A stretch of 40,250 bases of DNA from Candidatus Korobacteraceae bacterium (GCA_049519515.1 JBEKQR010000001.1:1-40250), one strand, 5' to 3'; positions 8,293 through 16,485 are shown, counted from the first letter of the stretch. Program-made: numbers and translations. Notes: generated by a model from the sequence alone, not told the origin.

Positions 8293-8304
8293 GGGGGAGC
8301 TGAT

Positions 8305-8440
8305 TAGGGCTTGTTTCAAAAACATTCCTTGGGGAGTAAGGCGTATTCCCTCAGGGGCTAAAGCCCGCATTTTTATTGGCTCTGGACGGCGCGGCTGAAG
8401 CCGCGCCCCTTCAAAGCACTATTTTTTGAAACAAGCTCTA
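8305..8440. repeat. MITE-like structured repeat, family A, short variant (copy 1)
   Basis: Terminal inverted repeats TAGGGCTTGTTTCAAAAA / TTTTTGAAACAAGCTCTA. Internal hairpin GGCGCGGC-tgaa-GCCGCGCC (8388-8407). Homologous to 21214-21392 and 29276-29454. Confidence 0.8.
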
Positions 8441-8577
8441 AAGTCGTGCCCTGATACAAGACGGCCACACTAATTCCTAATCAGCTCTAATCCTCAACTG
8501 CTCTAACAGGCAAAAATACAGGGAAGTTTGCCGGACTCGGCCCGTCCAGCTCCAACCGAGGCTGCGCAATTTTAAGC

Positions 8578-8600
8578 GGCGAATGCAAAAAGCATTCGCC
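8578..8600 (-). terminator. rho-independent terminator ending the redox/two-component operon
   Basis: GGCGAATGC-aaaaa-GCATTCGCC, a perfect 9-bp stem 7 nt after the response-regulator stop (8607). On the minus strand it is followed by GCTTAAAATT. Confidence 0.6.
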
Positions 8601-8606
8601 GGCGAA

Positions 8607-9011
8607 TCAAGAGACCAGTGTCCTGGCGCCTATCAGCTCATTGATTTTTGCCAGCAGTTGCTCCCGGTCCGGTGGCTTATCGAAGTAGCCTTCGGGCGGC
8701 GGAACCTGACGGCGGGTTTCGATGAATTTCTTGAAGTCATGAGAAACGCCGGTCAGCATGACCACCGGAATGGTAGCGGTTTGCGGGTCGCCACGCAGGT
8801 TGCGGTACATGCGCACGCCGCTCTCTTCCGGCATGCTGATGTCCAGCAGGATGAGGTCCGGACGCCGGGCCTTGGCCTGTGAGAACCCCTCTTTGCCGTT
8901 CTCGGCGCAGATTACGGCAAAGCCGTTGTCTTCCAGCAAGGTCCTGATGAAGGTGAGGACGTCGGCTTCGTCGTCTACGACCAGTATGGTTTTTGTGCTC
9001 TTGTCAGTCAT
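8607..9011 (-). CDS. single-domain response regulator (CheY-like receiver)
   Basis: From ATG 9011 (GAGGTG SD): MTDKSTKTILVVDDEADV...PDLILLDISMPEESG...PVVMLTG...K, the receiver-domain acidic pocket, phospho-Asp and conserved Lys pattern. No output domain. Confidence 0.85.
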   Translation of the reverse strand: MTDKSTKTILVVDDEADVLTFIRTLLEDNGFAVICAENGKEGFSQAKARRPDLILLDISMPEESGVRMYRNLRGDPQTATIPVVMLTGVSHDFKKFIETRRQVPPPEGYFDKPPDREQLLAKINELIGARTLVS

Positions 9012-9021
9012 GGTGATCACC

Positions 9022-9531
9022 TCATTTCTTCTTAAGGGCGTCCAGCGCGCGCTGTAGACTTTCACGGTCGGCGCCGGACAAAGCAGCGGCAACCTGCTGA
9101 CGAAGTTGATCCGGGGCGGCCGGCTCCGCGCTTTCGGGCTCCATTCCCAACAGCGTGCGCACGGCCGCCACGTAGGAGCCGGGCCGCACGGGTTTTTCCA
9201 GATAAACGCCGGGGCCGGACATGGTCATCTCGTTAAAGTCCGCCTTGCCCAGTTCATCGCGGGCATGTCCGGTGACGATCAGGACGGGAATCTTCGACAG
9301 CCGCTTGTCTTTCTGCAGATCGCGATAGAACTTGGCGCCGGAATGGCCGGGCATGACCAGGTCCAGGGAGATCAGGTCAGGCGCCTGCTGCCTGACCGAC
9401 GTCAGGGCCTGCAGACCATCGCAGGCGGTCGTCACCTGAAACCCGGAGTCCTCCAGGGCAGTCTTCAGATAGACGCGCACATCATCCTCATCGTCCACGA
9501 TCAGAATTCGTTTTTGTGTAGAGTCGCTCAT
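9022..9531 (-). CDS. single-domain response regulator with short C-terminal tail
   Basis: KRILIVDDEDDV...PDLISLDLVMPGHSG...PVLIVTGH...EKP receiver motifs. ATGA overlap with the kinase stop. Confidence 0.85.
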   Translation of the reverse strand: MSDSTQKRILIVDDEDDVRVYLKTALEDSGFQVTTACDGLQALTSVRQQAPDLISLDLVMPGHSGAKFYRDLQKDKRLSKIPVLIVTGHARDELGKADFNEMTMSGPGVYLEKPVRPGSYVAAVRTLLGMEPESAEPAAPDQLRQQVAAALSGADRESLQRALDALKKK

Positions 9532-11408
9532 TGTTTCACCGTTCCTGCCGGCTCTCTCGCGCCGGCAAGCTCGTCATCCGTGTTTGCCGGGGGCCCTGGC
9601 TGGCGGGCCGAGGCCTGCGCAATTGCCTGCAGACGCTGGCGCGACAGCCTTATGCGGAAGGTCGATCCCTGGCCCGGAGTGGACTCGACATCGATTGTTC
9701 CGCCGTGTTCCTGCACGACCTTGTGCGTGGTGAGCAGCCCGAGCCCGGTGCCCTTGCCGCCCTTGGTGGTGAAGAATGTGGTAAAAACTTTGCCTTTCAC
9801 TTCCCAGTCCATGCCGCCGCCATTGTCGATGACTTCGAAGATCAGCTCGTCGTCTTGATCGCGCGTGCGCAGCAGGACCTTGCCATCCCGCTTCGGGCGC
9901 ATGGCCGCCGCATCGATGGCGTTGGAGATCAGGTTGGTGACGCAGATCTCAATCCCTTGCGGATCAAGCAGCGCCGGCTTCGCCTGCGCCTGCGGCTCGC
10001 AGCGCAACTCCACGCCCTGCATGCGCGCAGCCTCAATGTAGAGGTTGACGATGTCTTGTGCAAGCGCGTTGGGGTCGGTGGGACGCAGCTCGGGCGTCCG
10101 CCCTTTGGCGAAGGCGAGGAAGTCCTTTACCAGCGAGGTCATTTTTCCAAAGTTGCGCTGCAGCATCTCCCAGCCGGTCGTAAGGCGGGTGGCGTCAGAG
10201 CGGTGAAGCCCGCTGTCGACCATGTACATGCCGCCTTCGAGTCCGGTGAGCAGGTTCTTGATGGAATGCGCCACTCCGGCCACGGTCTGCCCGACTGTCG
10301 CCAGGCGTTCGGCGTCCAGCTTCTCCTGCTCCAGGCGTTTGATCTCGCGCAGGTCTTGCATGAAGGCCGCCCGCCCGAGTTGGCGCCGTCCGCTTTTCAG
10401 CTCGACTGCCGAGAAGCTCACCGGAATTTTCTGCTGCTGCGCCGATTCGAGGTAAGCCTCGGGCAGCTCCAGCCCTTCCACCTGGCCCGTGGGGGCGGAG
10501 AAAAACTGCTCCGGCAACATCTGCTTGAGCCGCGCCGCGGTGGGCGACTGCCCGGCTGTCCATTGCAGCAGAAGGCGCGCTGCCGGGTTAATCACCCTGG
10601 GCTCGCCGTCGGCATCTACCGCGATGATTCCCGCCGGAGAGTTGCGAATCAGCGCCTCGAAGAAATCGTGCGTGTTCCTCAACTGGCGCTCGAGGGCGTA
10701 GACGTCTGTCACGTCGGTCGCTACCTGCATGACGTGCCGCACGCCGTCCTGGCCGCGCGACAATGGAGTGCTGGTCACCAAATAATATGCCGGCGATCCG
10801 TCCTTGTGAAAACCCACTTCGCTGGAGGAGTGCTCGGCGCCGTCGCTGAACGCCAGGCGGGCGGTGCAACTCCGGCAGGGGCCGCGGCGCCGCTTACACG
10901 TCTCATAGCAGTACCGGCCGCGCGGCTCGCCAAAAATCTCGCGAAACTTCTTGTTCTCGCGCACGATGCGGAATTCACGGTCGACAACGAAGATGGGACA
11001 AGGCACGTGTTCGAATAACAGGTCGTACTCGCGCTGCCAAGAGCGCGGCTCGGTCAAATCGGTCGCCATTGCCATGAGGTAGGTAATGGCGCCGCTGTCG
11101 TCCCGCACAGGTGCGAAGTGCACCGCGAACCGGCATGTACGTCCGTGCCGGTCGACCCCGGTCTGCTCTATTACGCGCACGCGTCCGTCCTGGAACGCGG
11201 CCTTCGCCGGACATCCCTCGCAAGCCTCCGAGGCCCGCTTGTAAACTTCATAGCAGCGGCGATTACGCCACTCGCCGAAGTACTCCTCGAAATGCCGGTT
11301 GGCCGCCGCGATGTTGAGTTCGCGATCTATCACGGCCACACTGAACGGAACCTGCTGAAACATCCCCAGCTTCAGTTCATCCAGAACGGGTTGTGGCAAT
11401 TGCGACAT
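9528..11408 (-). CDS. soluble multi-PAS sensor histidine kinase with Cys-rich PAS modules
   Basis: No TM segment. Three PAS-like modules, two with Cys clusters (CYEVYKRASEACEGC; CYETCKRRRGPCRSC). H-box VAGVAHSIKNLL. ATPase N/G boxes NLISNAIDA, DNGGGM, GKGTGLGL. Confidence 0.85.
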   Translation of the reverse strand: MSQLPQPVLDELKLGMFQQVPFSVAVIDRELNIAAANRHFEEYFGEWRNRRCYEVYKRASEACEGCPAKAAFQDGRVRVIEQTGVDRHGRTCRFAVHFAPVRDDSGAITYLMAMATDLTEPRSWQREYDLLFEHVPCPIFVVDREFRIVRENKKFREIFGEPRGRYCYETCKRRRGPCRSCTARLAFSDGAEHSSSEVGFHKDGSPAYYLVTSTPLSRGQDGVRHVMQVATDVTDVYALERQLRNTHDFFEALIRNSPAGIIAVDADGEPRVINPAARLLLQWTAGQSPTAARLKQMLPEQFFSAPTGQVEGLELPEAYLESAQQQKIPVSFSAVELKSGRRQLGRAAFMQDLREIKRLEQEKLDAERLATVGQTVAGVAHSIKNLLTGLEGGMYMVDSGLHRSDATRLTTGWEMLQRNFGKMTSLVKDFLAFAKGRTPELRPTDPNALAQDIVNLYIEAARMQGVELRCEPQAQAKPALLDPQGIEICVTNLISNAIDAAAMRPKRDGKVLLRTRDQDDELIFEVIDNGGGMDWEVKGKVFTTFFTTKGGKGTGLGLLTTHKVVQEHGGTIDVESTPGQGSTFRIRLSRQRLQAIAQASARQPGPPANTDDELAGAREPAGTVKQ

Positions 11409-11414
11409 AGTCTC

Positions 11415-13328
11415 TTATCGATTGGGCGCGGGCGCGGGCGCGGCCGGCGGCAGCACGACGTTTTGCGCAAACAATCCATGGCGGCGCAGGATGATCTCGC
11501 GCGAATCGATCACCTCTCGCCGCTCCTTGTGGCACCAGCCGCAGCGCGTCATCTCGGGTTTGTTCTTCTCCTGCGCCTTCTGCAGGTGGCAGCCGAGGCA
11601 AAGACGATGCATCGCCTCGGTGTAAGCGACGGCGCGGTACTGCTTGATTTTGATCGTAGCGCCCGCCGGAACGAGATCATTGTGACACTTATCGCAGGCG
11701 ATGGCGCTCTTGGCGGTGCGTACCTCGCCCCTTCGATGGCATTGGTAGCAGGCCACGCGTCCCCCGGCGGATGATGCGTGCCAATCGTGGCGGAAGGCAT
11801 CGGCGGGCAGGTACATGTCGCTGTGGCAGCGGGCGCACGCCGTGTTCTTGTCGCGCGGGAAATTCATGTGATGGCACTTTATGCACCCGGGGCCCCCGGC
11901 AAGCGCCGTGGTTGCGCTTGCTGGGGTGGAGGACTGCTTGTCGCCTTCGCGCTTTACGTGCTCCTCGTGCTTGAAGGAGACGCCAAAACCGTCCAGGTTG
12001 CCGTCGATGAACAGGACCTCGCCGCCGCGCGCCCGATGGACGGGCGTGGGCTCGATCCCGCGGCTTTCAGCCGGCTGAACCTTTAACAGTCCGAAGCCTA
12101 AAGCGGCCGGCAAGATGAACGCCAGCGAAAAAATCGTGCGCGCCGCCACTCCAGGCACTCCCAGCCAGGTGCTGCCCACCGGGTCAAACTCGGGCAGCTT
12201 CAGGGAATCGGCGCTGGAGTCGGCAGGCCGCTGCTCCCAGATCTTGAAGCGCTCGATGATGAACAGGAACACCAGCCCCATGGCCGCGACCACGCCCAGC
12301 GTGATGGCAATCTCGGTCCACGATGGCAGATAGAAAGCGCCCTCCGGACGGAGATGAGCGACGCCGCCCACGTCGATGCGATTGAGCACGATCCCGAAGA
12401 CGGCCAGCGCCGCCGCCGTGAACTGCCCAGCCTGCGCGCGCCGCATACGCTCGATTGAAAACAGCGTGATCGGAATGCCGGCCATGACCAGCACTTCGAA
12501 CCAGAACCATCCAGTGCGCCATTGTGGCGCCGCCAGCTGCGCCGCCTGGCCGCGCACGATCAGGTCGGCGAAGCGCACCACCAGATAAATGGACAATACC
12601 CACCTGGCCGCCTTGGCGAAGGACGAAAGCAGCCCGGTTTCCGGTTGGCGGCGGTAAAGGTAGGCGGTGATGTGGCTTTCCACCATCACCATCGAGAGCC
12701 CGAGGGCGATCGCCGAGATCAGGAACAGCAGCGGCAGGATGGGCGAATACCACAAGGGGTGCAGCCGGTACGGCATGATCAGGAACAGCGAGCCGAGCGA
12801 GGACTGGTGCAGCGTGGACAGACCGATGCCCGCGATCACCAGCGGCAGGCGGAACTTGATCAGGACAGCGCGAATTCCGGCCAGCCGCGGGAACTCCTCC
12901 GCCGGCACCGGCAGGAACTCCAGGCACAGAACAGTCAGGTAGAGCATCACGCACCAGCCGACCTCGAACAGGGCCGAGTGCGGATTCCAGAAGACCATCA
13001 TGTGCCAGATGTTCCAGGGCAGGCCGAGATCGAAGAGCAGCGAAACCGCGACTGCGATGTAGCCTAGAAACGCCGTCAGCACTGCCGGGCGCACTACCTC
13101 GTGGAAACGCTCCAGCTTGAAGATGTAAACCGTGGCGGTGACGATGAAGCCGCCGGCGGCCAGCGCCACCCCGCCCATTACGTCGAAGCCGACCCACAGT
13201 CCCCAGGGATTGGCGTCGGACAAGTTGGTGGTGGCACCCAAGCCGAAGAGAAAGCGCGCGGCGGCCACCGATGCGGCCAGGCCGGCCAGCATCCAAAGCG
13301 CAAGTTTCAGCCTCCGCACCCTATTCAT
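11415..13328 (-). CDS. NrfD/HmcC/DsrP-like polytopic membrane protein fused to a C-terminal six-heme c-type cytochrome domain
   Basis: About 10-11 hydrophobic helices in aa 1-430, with an NLSDANPWGLWVGFDV... NrfD-type start. The C-terminal ~180 aa carry six CxxCH motifs (CIKCH, CARCH, CYQCH, CDKCH, CLGCH, CGWCH). Confidence 0.8.
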   Translation of the reverse strand: MNRVRRLKLALWMLAGLAASVAAARFLFGLGATTNLSDANPWGLWVGFDVMGGVALAAGGFIVTATVYIFKLERFHEVVRPAVLTAFLGYIAVAVSLLFDLGLPWNIWHMMVFWNPHSALFEVGWCVMLYLTVLCLEFLPVPAEEFPRLAGIRAVLIKFRLPLVIAGIGLSTLHQSSLGSLFLIMPYRLHPLWYSPILPLLFLISAIALGLSMVMVESHITAYLYRRQPETGLLSSFAKAARWVLSIYLVVRFADLIVRGQAAQLAAPQWRTGWFWFEVLVMAGIPITLFSIERMRRAQAGQFTAAALAVFGIVLNRIDVGGVAHLRPEGAFYLPSWTEIAITLGVVAAMGLVFLFIIERFKIWEQRPADSSADSLKLPEFDPVGSTWLGVPGVAARTIFSLAFILPAALGFGLLKVQPAESRGIEPTPVHRARGGEVLFIDGNLDGFGVSFKHEEHVKREGDKQSSTPASATTALAGGPGCIKCHHMNFPRDKNTACARCHSDMYLPADAFRHDWHASSAGGRVACYQCHRRGEVRTAKSAIACDKCHNDLVPAGATIKIKQYRAVAYTEAMHRLCLGCHLQKAQEKNKPEMTRCGWCHKERREVIDSREIILRRHGLFAQNVVLPPAAPAPAPNR

Positions 13329-14199
13329 TGGACCCTTCCTTTTCCAGGGGTTCCCGCGAAGCGCCGTCGTTGCGCTTCGTGGGGTCGAGTTTCATGCGCC
13401 GTTCGATCACCCAAGTGACTCCCGCGCAAAGCGCCACTACGCCGGTAAAGGCGAAGGGCACCGCGCCCATCGCCACCTTGGTTGTCGCCGGTAGCGGCGC
13501 GCTGCCAATCGTCCGGCCTTCGTTCAGGAACGAGAGATTGACGTTGGAGATATAGAGCACGGAAGTTCCGCCGGCTTCGCGCTCGCCGACAATTTCGTGG
13601 AGATAGAAATCCGGCTTGGCGGCGATGCGGCTGCGGGCTTCGGCCAGCAACTCATCGCGATCGCCGAAAATGGTCGCCTTGGTCGGACAGGCCTCCGTGC
13701 ACGCCGGCTGGCGGCCCGCGACCACCCCAGCAGACGCGGCGTCTGCCGGGGACCCCGGGGCAGTGATGCGGTCGTAGCACAGGATGCACTTGCGCACATA
13801 AGGGACCGAAGCCTGCCATTCGTAGCGGGGGATTCCATAGGGGCAGGCCATCATGCAGTAGCGGCAGCCCATGCACTTGGCGCTGTCGTAGACCACCGCG
13901 CCAATGCTGGTCTTGTGCAGAGCGCCGACCGGGCAGGCGGAGGCGCAGGCCGGCTCCAGGCAGTGGCGGCACTGCTTGCGCACCTGCGCGGAGGTTCCCG
14001 CAAGGCCCTGCTGCTGCCCGTTCTGGGGCGGTTGCTGCGGCCCTTCAACTATAGAGGTCCAATTCCGGGAAGACAGACCATCATTGGCGTCCCAGCGACG
14101 AGGCAGATCGCCAGCGAGGTTGTTGGCCTTCTTGCAGGCGACGACACACTCGTAGCAGCCAATGCACTTGGTAGTATCGGTCAGAATCGCGGCCTTCAT
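13321..14199 (-). CDS. 4x[4Fe-4S] ferredoxin-type subunit (DsrO/HmcB/NrfC-like) with C-terminal TM anchor
   Basis: Cluster motifs CIGCYECVVAC, CRHCLEPACASACP, CMGCRYCMMACP and CILC...CTEACP. Hydrophobic C-terminal helix GAVPFAFTGVVALCAGVTWVI. No twin-arginine signal visible. Confidence 0.8.
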   Translation of the reverse strand: MKAAILTDTTKCIGCYECVVACKKANNLAGDLPRRWDANDGLSSRNWTSIVEGPQQPPQNGQQQGLAGTSAQVRKQCRHCLEPACASACPVGALHKTSIGAVVYDSAKCMGCRYCMMACPYGIPRYEWQASVPYVRKCILCYDRITAPGSPADAASAGVVAGRQPACTEACPTKATIFGDRDELLAEARSRIAAKPDFYLHEIVGEREAGGTSVLYISNVNLSFLNEGRTIGSAPLPATTKVAMGAVPFAFTGVVALCAGVTWVIERRMKLDPTKRNDGASREPLEKEGSNE

Positions 14200-14999
14200 T
14201 TCTTCACCTCCTCGGGCACCCCGGCAGGCGCCGATTTAGCGCCTGCTGGGACGGTGACGGAGGGTGCGCCAGCTCCAAGCCTTGCCCCTTTCAGCCAGTT
14301 GGGCCGGTCGGCGTAGCCCAGGGTGGCGGCGACCAGGTCGCCCGCGCCCGCGGGAAACTTCCAGGCGACGGCCGTTACCAGTTGCGAGAACGGCGCCAGA
14401 ACACAATGGGCAATCTTGGTGAACGGAATGAGCAGCATAATAAGGTTAGCGGAGTAAACGTGAACGAGCATCATCGTCTCGTACGCCTTGGGCCTAATGG
14501 CGAGATTCGAGCAGATGAATCCGGTCAGGAAAGGCGTAACCAGCAGCAGCGGCCAGGCGTAATCCTGCTTGCGGCTCAAGCGGCGCGATGCCCTGTCGAA
14601 CAGCCGGCTTAAGAACAAACCCAGCCCGGCCACGATCGCCAGGCAGGTTAGGTAGTCCGCCAGGCGCTGAGGAATGGCGGGCCAGGCAAATCCGGCGGAG
14701 CGCCTCCACAGCAGCGTGTGCGCGGCCAGAAACGGCGGGACCAGCAGCAGGCCGGCGTGGAAGAGAATCGAGACCGTGCTGTATGCCGGCCGCTCGTGCC
14801 AAAAACGGTTGATCGGAACCAGCCAGCCGAACGTCTGCCGGCGAACGGCGCGCCAGTTGACGATCTTGTCCGGATTGCGCCGGTAGGCCTCGACAACCCC
14901 AACGATGGTAAGAACCACGCTGCGCAGCAGCCCCAGCAGCATCAGCGCAAACGCCAGGCGGAAAAGAGGACCGCGGCCGAACTGTATCCAGGTTTCCAC
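14196..14999 (-). CDS. NarI/DsrM/HmcE-like integral membrane (putative di-heme b) subunit
   Basis: 267 aa, about 5-6 TM, with conserved-looking His residues in helices (FHAGLL, AAHTLLW, KIAHCV). GTG start overlaps the upstream stop (TAGTG). ATGA overlap with the downstream gene. Confidence 0.65.
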   Translation of the reverse strand: METWIQFGRGPLFRLAFALMLLGLLRSVVLTIVGVVEAYRRNPDKIVNWRAVRRQTFGWLVPINRFWHERPAYSTVSILFHAGLLLVPPFLAAHTLLWRRSAGFAWPAIPQRLADYLTCLAIVAGLGLFLSRLFDRASRRLSRKQDYAWPLLLVTPFLTGFICSNLAIRPKAYETMMLVHVYSANLIMLLIPFTKIAHCVLAPFSQLVTAVAWKFPAGAGDLVAATLGYADRPNWLKGARLGAGAPSVTVPAGAKSAPAGVPEEVKK

Positions 15000-16423
15000 T
15001 AGCTCTCCTTTGCCTGGTCGAACTCTATGGCCTTGTAAAGCAGGTCATGCAGCCCGACGATCTGACAGTCGATGCCGTGTTCTTCCATCAGTTCGCGCAG
15101 TTGCTTTTTGCAGTTGGCGCACGGCGCCACGCAATACTTGGCCCCGGTGGCCTTGATCTGCTCGGCTTTTGCCCGGCCCCCGACAAGCATGCGGTAAGGT
15201 TTGATCTCGTCAATCGAGACCGTGCCGCCGCCCCCGCCGCAGCAGATGTTGTCGCGCCGGTTGGGCGTCATCTCGACGTAGTCGCTGCAGATCGCCTTCA
15301 GCAGCTCGCGCGGCTGCTCCACGATCCAGCCGGTGCGGACGTAATTGCACGGGTCATGGTAGGTGACGCGCTCGGTGATGGCGTTGGCCTTGAGCTTGAG
15401 ACGGCCTTCGCGCCACGCCTTGTGGGCGTACTCCATGATGTTGATCACCGGCTCGGCCTGCTTGCCGCCACAGAAGGTCGGATAGAAGAACTTGGCGGTG
15501 CGGGAAGCGTGACCGCACTCGCCGATCAGGATCTTCCTGGCGCGCAGGCGTTTCACCTCCGCCTGCATCTTGTTCAGCACGCGCTCCAGAATCTGGTCGT
15601 TGTAAAACAGCCCGTAGTTGATGCCGTCGAAGTATCCGGTGCCGACCGTCCAACTGTCGCCGGTGGCGCGCAGCACGGCCGCATTGCCCATAAGGGTCTC
15701 GGCCTCCATGATGTAGTCGGAGACGGCGGGGAAGAAGATGTACTCCGCCTCCTCCTGATCAACGGGAATGGTGGCGTCGACGCCGATACCTTCCTTTATC
15801 TCTTCGCTGATGAACTCCAGGGTGTCCACCAGCGCGGCCGTGGGCACAGCGGAGGTGTTGCCGCTGGCGCCGCTCAACTGCTCGCGGACACTCACCACCA
15901 AAGCGCGGGGCGCAATGCCGATCTCCGAGAGGATGTACCGGCCCAAATGTGTGATCAGGGCGTGGTCGATTCCCATCGGGCACTCGAAATGGCAGCGGCG
16001 GCAGGCGGTGCAGTTGTAAAAGGCCTCCGCCATCTCCTGGAGCGCCTCGTCGGTCAGCCCAGGGTCTCCCAGAAGGCGGGCACGCAGCGAGCCCGACAGG
16101 GTGAAGTGTCGCCGGTATACCGACAGCAGCAGCTCCGAGCGGCGGCAGGGGAGATCTTGCGGGTCGCCGGTGGCCAGGTAAACCTGGCACTTTGCGGTAC
16201 ATCGTCCGCACTTGGCGCTGACCCGGACATAATGGTCCAAGGCCAGACGGTAGTTCGTATGCTTCAAAATGGTGGCAAATGCCTGCAGGAACCGCCGTGG
16301 CCTGTTTTCCACGTCGAAATCTTCCACGTGATACCGGACCGGCAGGCGCTGTTTGCGGATCACATCCGGCTTTTTGGCCGAATGAAACGCCTTGTCACGT
16401 TCTTCTCTGGTGAGGAGTTCCAT
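14999..16423 (-). CDS. HdrD/DsrK/HmcF-like Fe-S protein with CCG domain
   Basis: From ATG 16423 (MELLTREERDK). Ferredoxin motifs CGRCTAKC and CTACRRCHFECP. C-terminal Cys-rich CCG-type motifs (DNICCGGGGG; CVAPCANC). The 37 upstream codons of the ORF-track ORF lie in AT-rich promoter DNA. Confidence 0.8.
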   Translation of the reverse strand: MELLTREERDKAFHSAKKPDVIRKQRLPVRYHVEDFDVENRPRRFLQAFATILKHTNYRLALDHYVRVSAKCGRCTAKCQVYLATGDPQDLPCRRSELLLSVYRRHFTLSGSLRARLLGDPGLTDEALQEMAEAFYNCTACRRCHFECPMGIDHALITHLGRYILSEIGIAPRALVVSVREQLSGASGNTSAVPTAALVDTLEFISEEIKEGIGVDATIPVDQEEAEYIFFPAVSDYIMEAETLMGNAAVLRATGDSWTVGTGYFDGINYGLFYNDQILERVLNKMQAEVKRLRARKILIGECGHASRTAKFFYPTFCGGKQAEPVINIMEYAHKAWREGRLKLKANAITERVTYHDPCNYVRTGWIVEQPRELLKAICSDYVEMTPNRRDNICCGGGGGTVSIDEIKPYRMLVGGRAKAEQIKATGAKYCVAPCANCKKQLRELMEEHGIDCQIVGLHDLLYKAIEFDQAKES

Positions 16424-16485
16424 AGGACCCCAAACATCTAGATGTAATTTGTTCCTAATTGTACTGACAGAATAGCTGTAGAGGC

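Noticed and set aside
9531-11018. 495-aa plus-strand ORF. Similar long ORFs occur at 15047-16441 (+), 16666-17580 (-), 1454-2479 (+), 21789-22796 (-), 31260-32141 (-), 6741-7979 (+) and 12184-13296 (-).
   Set aside because: All lie antisense to or out of frame with genes that have clear family motifs. Their translations are Arg/Ala/Gly/Pro-rich low complexity, typical of stop-poor shadow frames in high-GC DNA.
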